Shown here: in pieces, positions 28,517-35,373 of the stretch
Layout: every line of letters starts with the position of its first letter
Position numbering within the stretch: position 1 is the first letter of the stretch
Assembly: GCA_021159015.1 (NCBI GenBank)
Contig: JAGGSQ010000010.1
Span: 1 to 58,783, forward strand
Source of the DNA: Candidatus Omnitrophota bacterium
GTDB taxonomy: Bacteria > Omnitrophota > Gorgyraeia > Duberdicusellales > Duberdicusellaceae
Direction of reading: 5' to 3'
Length of the DNA: 58,783 nt
The notes under the pieces: generated by a model
Databases searched by the model: none
The model's input: the letters and a program-made list of their open reading frames with translations, nothing else
What the model was told of the DNA's origin: nothing
Program-made: the position numbers and the translations under genes

Positions 28517-28987
28517 ATGGATCTTATCTCAGCGGAAAGAGAAGCTTCTCAGATAGCCTGCCGTGTTCTTGATAAAATTCTTAAAAGACAATAGCGTGGT
28601 TTTGGAAGTTGGCTGCGGTGAGGGAGGATTTTTGCAGCAGCTTTGCTGTGATTACCTTCAGAAAAGAATTAAATGTATAGGGGTTGATCCCTTTGTTTCG
28701 TTGTCTTCGAGAAAATGCGGTGTTGATTTCACTCTTTGAAGGCAGAAGAAAGAACCTTCTCTCTGAGCGTTTCGATATAATTTTACTATTATGAGCTTGC
28801 ATCATTTTAATAATAAGGATTTATTTATCGCTCAAGTAGCCAGTGTCTAAAAAAAGAAGGAGTAATTATTATTGTAGACTGGCATAAAGAGGTTGATGCA
28901 GGAATGAATGAAAAGTATTTTTCTCTTAAAAAGGAAAACTGTTATCATTTCTGTTTTCTTCTGGCAGGAAAGAGAAGGAGTGATTAA
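28517..28987 (+). pseudogene. Decayed class I SAM-dependent methyltransferase
   Basis: Recognisable pieces lie in three different frames. They are ISAEREASQIACRVLDKILKRQ* (stop at 28592), then VVLEVGCGEGGFLQQL (SAM motif I) ending at TGA 28737, then SERFDIILLL*, MSLHHFNNKDLFIAQVASV* and LKKEGVIIIVDWHK. Confidence 0.6.
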
Positions 28988-28989
28988 TA

Positions 28990-29073
28990 TGCCGGGAGTG
29001 GGAGTCGAACCCACATGGCCTTGCGGCCACCGGTTTTTGAGACCGGCGCGTCTGCCAGTTCCGCCATCCCGGC
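28990..29073 (-). tRNA. tRNA-Leu(CAA)
   Basis: Type II tRNA on the minus strand with acceptor GCCGGGA/TCCCGGC and discriminator A. The anticodon arm is CCGGT-CTCAAAA-ACCGG, the long variable arm is GGCCGCAAGGCC, and the T arm is GTGGG-TTCGACT-CCCAC. Confidence 0.9.
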
Positions 29074-29416
29074 GACAACATTATCTTAAACAAGACTTAA
29101 TCTAAAAGAACAGCGTTTATCTCTACGCCAGAAACGCGGGCAATGTAATAATAGGCTTGCCTGCGGCAAGAACATTGTCCGCCATCCCGGCAACGGCGTC
29201 TATCTTCAAATAAGACTTAATCTTAAAGAACAACGTTTATCTCTCAGCCAGACTTGCGGGCAAAAGAAATATACATCTGCTTCGCAGATACTTCTGTCCG
29301 CCATCCCAGCGATAACATCTGTCTTCAAATAAGACTTAATTTAAAAGAACAACGTATATTTCTCCGCAACATTCGCGGGCAATAGAGAAACATTGCCTCC
29401 TGATAAGACTGCCTGC
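29061..29416 (-). repeat. Three tandem ~118-119-bp units (starting at 29061, 29179 and 29298), each containing the first 14 nt of tRNA-Leu(CAA) plus its upstream region
   Basis: Direct alignment by eye. Every unit begins on the + strand with ccgccatccc(g/a)gc and shares aagacttaat, aaagaaca(g/a)cgt and gcgggcaa. Only unit 1 is continuous with the full tRNA. Confidence 0.85.
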
Positions 29417-29479
29417 TTTTGCTACAGATGCGCTGCTTGAATCAACACCAATTTCCTTTCAAAGTAATTGGAGCAATAA

Positions 29480-29508
29480 ATCATAACATCATTAATTTTC
29501 TTTGTCAA
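29480..29508 (-). promoter_or_regulatory. Consensus-like promoter reading toward the repeat array and tRNA-Leu
   Basis: On the minus strand: TTGACA (29508-29503), a 17-nt spacer, then TATGAT (29485-29480). The -35 is one half of the palindrome TTGTCAATTGACAA (29502-29515). Confidence 0.4.
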
Positions 29509-29537
29509 TTGACAATCATAGCCGACAATGGTAATAT
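29509..29537 (+). promoter_or_regulatory. Promoter of tRNA-Ala
   Basis: TTGACA (29509-29514), a 17-nt spacer, then TAATAT (29532-29537). The tRNA begins 14 nt downstream. Confidence 0.55.
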
Positions 29538-29550
29538 TAGATTTTATTAT

Positions 29551-29623
29551 GGGGCTGTAGCTCAGCTGGGAGAGCACTACGCTGGCAGCGTAGGGGTCAG
29601 GGGTTCAAATCCCCTCAGCTCCA
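29551..29623 (+). tRNA. tRNA-Ala(GGC)
   Basis: Acceptor GGGGCTG/CAGCTCC carries the G3:U70 identity pair. The anticodon arm is CTACG-CTGGCAG-CGTAG and the T arm is CAGGG-GTTCAAATC-CCCTC. Confidence 0.92.
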
Positions 29624-29691
29624 AAAGTATCTCTATAAAAATTTATCCCTGATGTCTTACCCATGGTATTTAACCTGCCGGTCAATTTTAT

Positions 29692-30177
29692 ATGAAGTTG
29701 GGAGTTAGAAAGACAATAAAAGAGATTAAAGATTATGGGAAATACTACCTTGTTCAAAGTCTGCTTGCTTCTCTTGTTATAGGGATAGCTCTTTTGATTT
29801 CGGGCATGCATCATCTGGTTATTGTAGCTTCTATTGGTTCAACCGCTTTTATTGTTTTTATGACGCCTCAGAAGCGTATAGCTCGCCCTAAAAATATTAT
29901 TGGTGGTCACTTAATTGGTTTTTTCTCGGGCGCCTTTTGTGCTTTCTTTGTTCCTCCTCATTCTGAATCAGTAGTTATGTATGCACTAGCTGTAGGCATA
30001 TCAATGTTTTTTATGGCTCTTACTGATACCCGCCATCCACCGGCTTCCGGGACAGCTCTGGGAATAGCAATATCGGGATTCTCCTGGGATGTATTCTTTT
30101 GTCTTTTAATAGGAGTGGTAGCACTCTCTTTGGCTCATGTTCTTTTTCGTAATGTTATAAAAGATTTTTCCCAATGA
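29692..30177 (+). CDS. HPP-family integral membrane protein
   Basis: Four TM segments and the signature TDTRHPPASGTALGIA. Confidence 0.8.
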   Translation: MKLGVRKTIKEIKDYGKYYLVQSLLASLVIGIALLISGMHHLVIVASIGSTAFIVFMTPQKRIARPKNIIGGHLIGFFSGAFCAFFVPPHSESVVMYALAVGISMFFMALTDTRHPPASGTALGIAISGFSWDVFFCLLIGVVALSLAHVLFRNVIKDFSQ

Positions 30178-30238
30178 AACATCTAAAGGTGGCACCAGGG
30201 ATCCGGGAAAGAGAAAAATATAAAAAATAACTATTTTC

Positions 30239-30266
30239 TTGACAAAAACATTATTTTGACTATACT
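30239..30266 (+). promoter_or_regulatory. Promoter of the pyr operon
   Basis: TTGACA (30239-30244), a 16-nt spacer, then TATACT (30261-30266). Confidence 0.55.
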
Positions 30267-30273
30267 AAATGCA

Positions 30274-30303
30274 CCTTTAATCGTGCCCTGTGAGGCCGAA
30301 AGG
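30274..30303 (+). promoter_or_regulatory. PyrR-binding-loop-like hairpin in the pyr leader
   Basis: CCUUUAAUCGUGCCCUGUGAGGCCGAAAGG has an outer stem CCUUU/AAAGG and an inner stem GCC/GGC, with a purine-rich GUGAGG where B. subtilis binding loops have GAGAGG. The resemblance is judged from memory, not from a covariance-model hit. Confidence 0.45.
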
Positions 30304-30336
30304 AGAGAAATATGAAAAAATATAAAAAATTGTTTT

Positions 30337-30361
30337 CCCACTTTTGCGGTGGGTTTTTTTA
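30337..30361 (+). terminator. Intrinsic terminator / attenuator immediately upstream of pyrR
   Basis: Stem CCCAC (30337-41), loop UUUUGCG, stem GUGGG (30349-53), then a U7 tract. It lies between the promoter and the pyrR ATG at 30379. Confidence 0.7.
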
Positions 30362-30378
30362 TAGCTACTTGCATAACA

Positions 30379-30924
30379 ATGGGTTACAAACGTAAAGCCT
30401 TAATCCTCAATAAAGACGATTTTCATAAAACTCTGCGCCGTATTGCTCATCAGATAATTGAAGGAGTTCCCCAAGTAAGTAAGATTTGCCTGATAGGGAT
30501 ACAACGCCGCGGCGTGAATCTGGCTTATCGTTTGAAAAGAATAATAGATAGCCTGGAAAAAGTAGATATTCCCTTAGGAACCATAGACATAACTCTTTAT
30601 CGCGATGACTTAACCGCCATTGGTCCTAATCCCGAGGTGAGAAGTACTAAAATTGATTTTGCTCTGGACGGAAAAATAGTGATTCTTGTAGACGATGTTT
30701 TATTTACGGGTCGCAGCGCACGAGCGGCTTTAGATGCTCTTATGGATTTCGGCCGTCCAGAAGCAGTGAAACTAGTAGTGTTAGTAGACCGCGGCCATCG
30801 TCAGTTGCCCATTCGGGCCGATTTCATAGGCAAGAATATTCCTACTTCTCTCCAGGAAGAGGTGGCGGTGAAAGTAGAGGAAATAGACGGTAAGGATGAA
30901 GTAGTTATCTGGGAGAAAGATTAA
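30379..30924 (+). CDS. pyrR: Bifunctional pyr mRNA-binding attenuation protein / uracil phosphoribosyltransferase PyrR
   Basis: Collinear with B. subtilis PyrR: RIAHQIIE, GIQRRGVNLA, IDITLYRDDL, ILVDDVLFTGRS, VLVDRGHRQLPIRADFIGKNIPTS. The track's GTG at 30349 lies inside the terminator stem, so I prefer the ATG at 30379. Confidence 0.95.
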   Translation: MGYKRKALILNKDDFHKTLRRIAHQIIEGVPQVSKICLIGIQRRGVNLAYRLKRIIDSLEKVDIPLGTIDITLYRDDLTAIGPNPEVRSTKIDFALDGKIVILVDDVLFTGRSARAALDALMDFGRPEAVKLVVLVDRGHRQLPIRADFIGKNIPTSLQEEVAVKVEEIDGKDEVVIWEKD

Positions 30925-30926
30925 TT

Positions 30927-31847
30927 ATGTGGCAGCGGAGGCATCTTTTAGGTTTGAAAGATTTAGACAAGAAAGACATAGAATTAATTCTGGGACAGGC
31001 AGAATATTTTCGCGAGATTCCTCGGCGTCAGATAAAGAAGGTTCCTTCTCTGCGCGGTAAGACGGTGGTAAATTTATTCTTTGAGCCTTCTACCCGCACA
31101 CGCATCTCTTTTGAATTAGCTGCTAAACGCTTGAGTGCAGACGTCATTAACTTTTCTTCTTCTGCTAGCAGCATCCAGAAAGGCGAGAGTATTCTGGATA
31201 CTTTGAAAAATATGGAAGCCTATGCTGTAGATATATTTGTTATCCGTCATAGTTTCTCAGCTGCTTCTGTATATTTGGCACAACGTACAAAAGCCTGTGT
31301 AGTTAACGCCGGCGACGGGGCTAACGAACATCCTACGCAGGCACTTTTAGATATGTTCACGGTAAAACAGCGCCTGAAGAAACTGACAGGGCTAAAGGTA
31401 GTTGTTGTAGGTGATATTGCTTATTCCCGTGTAGCCCGTTCTAATATCTGGGGATTTAGCCATATGGGATGTGAAGTATGGCTTTGTGCTCCCCCTACGC
31501 TTTTAGGCCGGGATTTTTCTGCCTTGCCGGTAAGAATTACCTATGATCTCAGAAAGGCAGTGAAAGAAGCAGATGTAATAATTATGCTGCGCCTGCAAAA
31601 CGAGCGTCAGAGTGAGAAACTTATTCCTTCTCTACGCGAGTACCGCCAGCATTTTGGCTTAAATCCCGATATCCTTAAAGGGGCACGGCGCGATGCAGTA
31701 ATTATGCATCCGGGGCCGGTAAACTGGGATGTGGAAATAGCCTCCTCTTTAAAAGAGAAAATTATGCCTTCTATTCTTAATCAGGCCAGTAACGGCTTGG
31801 CCGTAAGGATGGCGGTCTTGTATTTGTTAAAGGGAGCGGCAGAATGA
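30927..31847 (+). CDS. pyrB: Aspartate carbamoyltransferase catalytic subunit
   Basis: Contains FFEPSTRTRISFE, HPTQALLD and HPGP. Confidence 0.95.
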   Translation: MWQRRHLLGLKDLDKKDIELILGQAEYFREIPRRQIKKVPSLRGKTVVNLFFEPSTRTRISFELAAKRLSADVINFSSSASSIQKGESILDTLKNMEAYAVDIFVIRHSFSAASVYLAQRTKACVVNAGDGANEHPTQALLDMFTVKQRLKKLTGLKVVVVGDIAYSRVARSNIWGFSHMGCEVWLCAPPTLLGRDFSALPVRITYDLRKAVKEADVIIMLRLQNERQSEKLIPSLREYRQHFGLNPDILKGARRDAVIMHPGPVNWDVEIASSLKEKIMPSILNQASNGLAVRMAVLYLLKGAAE

Positions 31848-33118
31848 AAATTCTAATTAAAGGTGCTACTTTGGTTCACCATGACCGAACAGAGAAAAAG
31901 GATATTCTGGTAAAAGATTCAACCATTGCTAAAGTTTCTAAAAAAATTTCCTCTCAAGAGGCAGATGAGGTGATTAGAGCCTCGGGAAAGTTTGTTTTTG
32001 CAGGGTTTATTGATATGCATACTCACCTGCGTACACCAGGCCGGGAGGACGAAGAAACGCTCTTAAGTGGAGCCTTAGCGGCTGCCAAGGGAGGTTTTAC
32101 TACTATTCTTTGTATGCCCAATACCACTCCCCCTATAGACAATTATGAGATTGCTTTCTGGATAAGAAAGGTCTCGCAGAATATAGGTATAGTAGATATT
32201 TATCCTGTCGGCACTATTACTAAAGAGAGAAAGGGAAAAGAGCTGGCTGAATTTGGCTATCTGAAAGAGGCAGGATGTCTGGCGGTGAGCGATGATGGTG
32301 ATCCTGTTGCCTCCTCGCTCTTATTACGCCGCGCTTTAGAATATGCTAAGATGTATAATTTGCTCCTCATTTCTCACGCGGAGGAAAAGAGTCTGGCGGC
32401 AGGAGTGATGTTAGAGTCAGACATCAGTGCTAAATGGGGTATGCCGGCTATTGCAGAAGTTGCTGAGAGTGTAGCTGTAGCTAGAGAGATAGAGCTGGCT
32501 TATTTTACTGCTTCTCGTCTGCACCTGGCACATATAAGTCGCCGCCGTTCTCTGCGGCTTATAGAGTGTGCCAAAAAAGACAAAATTGGAATTAGCTGCG
32601 AAACTTGTCCGCATTATTTCAGTCTCAGCGTAAAAGATATAGAAAGGAATAATTTCCACGCCAATTTTAAAGTGAATCCGCCTCTAGGTACCGAAGATGA
32701 CAAACAGGCTATCCGCAAGGCCCTAAAGAGTGGAGTTATAGATTGTATTGCTACCGATCATGCCCCGCATAGTTTCTTAGAAAAAGAGAAGAGTTTTCAA
32801 GAGGCAAGTTTTGGTATGATTGGGTTAGAGTTTGCTTTTTCGCTTTCTTATCAATTAGTAAAAGAGAAGGTACTTAGTTTAGAAGTTATAGCTGATAGGC
32901 TTTCTTACCGTCCGGCTAAAATTCTAGGATTGGAGGAAAGAGGAGAAATCAGAGAAGGATTACGGGCAGACCTGGTGATTGTTGATTTAGAAAAAGAGTG
33001 GGTGGTAGATAAAGAAAGCATAGTATCGCGATCTAAAAATACGCCTTTTTTAGGCAGAAAACTTCCCGGCGTAGTAGAGTACACTATTTCTGGTGGTAAG
33101 ATAGTTTATAAGAAATAA
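31844..33118 (+). CDS. pyrC: Dihydroorotase
   Basis: Contains FIDMHTHLRTPG and IATDHAPH, the amidohydrolase fold. Confidence 0.9.
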   Translation: MKILIKGATLVHHDRTEKKDILVKDSTIAKVSKKISSQEADEVIRASGKFVFAGFIDMHTHLRTPGREDEETLLSGALAAAKGGFTTILCMPNTTPPIDNYEIAFWIRKVSQNIGIVDIYPVGTITKERKGKELAEFGYLKEAGCLAVSDDGDPVASSLLLRRALEYAKMYNLLLISHAEEKSLAAGVMLESDISAKWGMPAIAEVAESVAVAREIELAYFTASRLHLAHISRRRSLRLIECAKKDKIGISCETCPHYFSLSVKDIERNNFHANFKVNPPLGTEDDKQAIRKALKSGVIDCIATDHAPHSFLEKEKSFQEASFGMIGLEFAFSLSYQLVKEKVLSLEVIADRLSYRPAKILGLEERGEIREGLRADLVIVDLEKEWVVDKESIVSRSKNTPFLGRKLPGVVEYTISGGKIVYKK

Positions 33119-34347
33119 TGTTTATTGCTGACTTTCATATTCATTCCCGTTTTTCTCGCGCTACTTCTTCCGAGATGAATATTCCGCAACTGGTCAGATG
33201 GGCCAAGAAGAAAGGAATCAATCTGGTAGGCACGGGAGATTTTACGCATCATCTTTGGCTTCAGGAAATAAAGAACAACCTGGAGAGGGCGGAAAAAGAA
33301 GGCTTTCTGGTACGAGAGGGAGTATATTTTATTTTGTCAGTTGAGGTCTCAAACATATTCTCGCAAAATAACCGTAGCTATCGCGTACATAATGTAATTA
33401 TGGCTCCCTCTCTAAAAGTAGCAGGAGAGATAAACCGCATGCTTTCTTTCTACGGTAACCTGGCTTCTGATGGACGTCCTATTTTAAGTATGAGTTGTCA
33501 GAGACTGGCAGAAGAGCTATTCAAGATTTCGCCCCAGATTATGCTTATTCCTGCTCACATCTGGACTCCCTGGTATTCCCTTTTTGGTTCCAACTCCGGA
33601 TTCAATTCTTTAGAAGAGGCTTTTGGCAAATATACGGATAAGATTACGGCTCTGGAAACAGGTTTGTCTTCCGACCCGCCGATGAACTGGCGTTGGAGTG
33701 CCTTGGATAATTTCGCCCTGGTTTCCAATTCTGATGCTCATTCTCCTTCTCGTCTGGGCAGAGAGGCTAATGTATTTTCTACTTATCTCAACTATTGGCA
33801 GATAAAAGAAGCTTTAGAGAAAAAGGACAAAGAAAAGTTTCTTTTTACCATAGAGATGTTTCCTCAGGAAGGCAAATACCATTATGACGGTCACCGTAAT
33901 TGTAACATACGTCTTAGTCCGGCTCAAAGGAAAGAATATAGAGGTATTTGCCCGGTATGCGGTAGGCCTTTGACGGTAGGAGTATTAAGCCGTGTAGAAG
34001 AATTGGGAGATCGCGCCGAAGGTTTTATGCCTCCTGGCTCTATTGATTACCGCAGCCTTATTCCTTTAGATGAAATTATTGCTGAAGCAAGAGGCGTGAA
34101 GAAAGGTAGCCGTCAGGTAGAGAGGCAGTACGAAGAGATTATTTCCGATGTAGGGGCAGAAATAAAAATACTTCTGCAGTTAGAAAGAGAGAAGTTATTT
34201 TCTTGCCTGCCTGCTAAAGTAGCCGAAGGCATATTGAGGGTAAGAGAAAGAAAAGTTAAGATTAAGCCAGGTTTTGACGGCGAATACGGTGAGATTGGTA
34301 TATTTGACGAGGAAGAAGAAAACAAACAACAGATGTCACTTTTCTAA
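33118..34347 (+). CDS. PHP-domain protein of the endonuclease Q (TIGR00375) family
   Basis: N-terminal FIADFHIHSRFSRATS...INLVGTGDFTHHLW, a later SNSDAHSPS, a zinc-finger-like CPVCGRPLTVGVLSRVEELGDR, and a C-terminal KPGFDGEYGEIGIF. The family call is from remembered motif patterns. Confidence 0.6.
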   Translation: MFIADFHIHSRFSRATSSEMNIPQLVRWAKKKGINLVGTGDFTHHLWLQEIKNNLERAEKEGFLVREGVYFILSVEVSNIFSQNNRSYRVHNVIMAPSLKVAGEINRMLSFYGNLASDGRPILSMSCQRLAEELFKISPQIMLIPAHIWTPWYSLFGSNSGFNSLEEAFGKYTDKITALETGLSSDPPMNWRWSALDNFALVSNSDAHSPSRLGREANVFSTYLNYWQIKEALEKKDKEKFLFTIEMFPQEGKYHYDGHRNCNIRLSPAQRKEYRGICPVCGRPLTVGVLSRVEELGDRAEGFMPPGSIDYRSLIPLDEIIAEARGVKKGSRQVERQYEEIISDVGAEIKILLQLEREKLFSCLPAKVAEGILRVRERKVKIKPGFDGEYGEIGIFDEEEENKQQMSLF

Positions 34348-34880
34348 TGAATCTAGCTATATTATTTTATTCTTTCTCCGGCAACACTAAAGCGGCTGTG
34401 GAATATATTAAAAAGGGGTGGGAAGAAAAAGGAAGTTTCTGCCGCCTTTTTCAGCTTAAGCCCCGGAAAGAAACCACTTCCTTTCTAGGCCAGTGTTTTA
34501 GAACAGCGAGGAGACAGGCTGCCGAGATTGAATTAGCGGATTTAGACATTACTTCTTATGAGCTTATCTTATTTGCTTCGCCGGTCTGGGCTCTTACTTA
34601 TACCCCTGCTTTAAGAGGGGCAGTAGAAAAGCTGAAGCTGAAAGATAAGAAGGCAGCTATAGTTTTAACTTACGGCTCTGGCGCAGGCAAGGAAAGAGCC
34701 CGCAAGGAGCTGCAGCAGGATTTAGAAGCTAAAGGAGCGAAAGTAGTATTTTCTGGTCTTTTGCGCGGCAGAAATTGCTGTGATAGAGATTATATAAAAA
34801 GAGAATTAGCTTCTTTTTTTAAAATGGTAGGAAATGCGCCTGTAGCTCAACCGGATAGAGCACAGGCCTCCGGAGCCTGA
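34347..34880 (+). CDS. Flavodoxin-like fold protein
   Basis: Contains MNLAILFYSFSGNTKAAVEYI and LILFASPVW. The last 45 nt of the ORF run into tRNA-Arg(CCG), so the true C-terminus is uncertain. Confidence 0.55.
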   Translation: MNLAILFYSFSGNTKAAVEYIKKGWEEKGSFCRLFQLKPRKETTSFLGQCFRTARRQAAEIELADLDITSYELILFASPVWALTYTPALRGAVEKLKLKDKKAAIVLTYGSGAGKERARKELQQDLEAKGAKVVFSGLLRGRNCCDRDYIKRELASFFKMVGNAPVAQPDRAQASGA

Positions 34881-34908
34881 GGTGGCAGTTCAAGTCTGCC
34901 CAGGCGCA
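34836..34908 (+). tRNA. tRNA-Arg(CCG)
   Basis: Acceptor GCGCCTG/CAGGCGC with discriminator A. The anticodon arm is CAGGC-CTCCGGA-GCCTG and the T arm is GGCAG-TTCAAGT-CTGCC. Confidence 0.9.
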
Positions 34909-34926
34909 TACTGTTGTAAATAGATA

Positions 34927-35373
34927 ATGAATGTAGGTATTGTAGGGGGACATAGGTGTAGCAGGAACATAGCAGCTCTAGCCGAAGAGCTGGGTTATTT
35001 AATTGCCCGACAGAGCTGGGTTTTAATTTGCGGTGGCGGGGGAGGAGTAATGGAAGCAGCTTGCCGGGGAGTTAGGGAAGCGGGCGGTTTAAGCATAGGA
35101 ATCTTACCTAGTTCCGACGGTCACGAAGCCAATCCTTATTTAAATATTAAGATTCCTACCGGCTTAGGCTATGCGAGAAATATACTGGTAGTAAGGGCTT
35201 CAGATGTTATTGTTGCTGTGGACGGTGAATATGGTACTTTGTCTGAGATTGCTTTTGCCCTTTGTGAAGGTAAAAGGGTTTTAGGGATAAAAACGTGGAA
35301 GATAAAAGGCGTAAAAGAGGTTAAAAATCCCTCCTTGGCCATAAAAGAGATAAAGAGAATGCGGATAAAATGA
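34927..35373 (+). CDS. TIGR00725 / LOG (SLOG)-family Rossmann protein
   Basis: Contains ICGGGGGVMEAACRGVREAGGLSIGILP, TGLGYARNILVV and VDGEYGTLSEIAFA. Confidence 0.7.
   Translation: MNVGIVGGHRCSRNIAALAEELGYLIARQSWVLICGGGGGVMEAACRGVREAGGLSIGILPSSDGHEANPYLNIKIPTGLGYARNILVVRASDVIVAVDGEYGTLSEIAFALCEGKRVLGIKTWKIKGVKEVKNPSLAIKEIKRMRIK

Noticed and set aside
28581-28805. A 74-aa minus-strand ORF in the tRNA islet.
   Set aside because: It is antisense to the recognisable methyltransferase pseudogene fragments and has no motif of its own.
28908-29105. A 65-aa + strand ORF. The 77-aa ORF at 29419-29652 is a similar case.
   Set aside because: Both read straight through tRNA genes (tRNA-Leu antisense and tRNA-Ala sense). 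Their translations are simply tRNA sequence in protein space.
29061-29416. A possible CRISPR array, given the regularly spaced repeated sequence next to tRNAs.
   Set aside because: The period is ~119 bp with similarity along the whole unit, not 25-40-bp repeats separated by unique spacers. There are only three copies, each contains a tRNA 5' fragment, and no cas genes are in the window.
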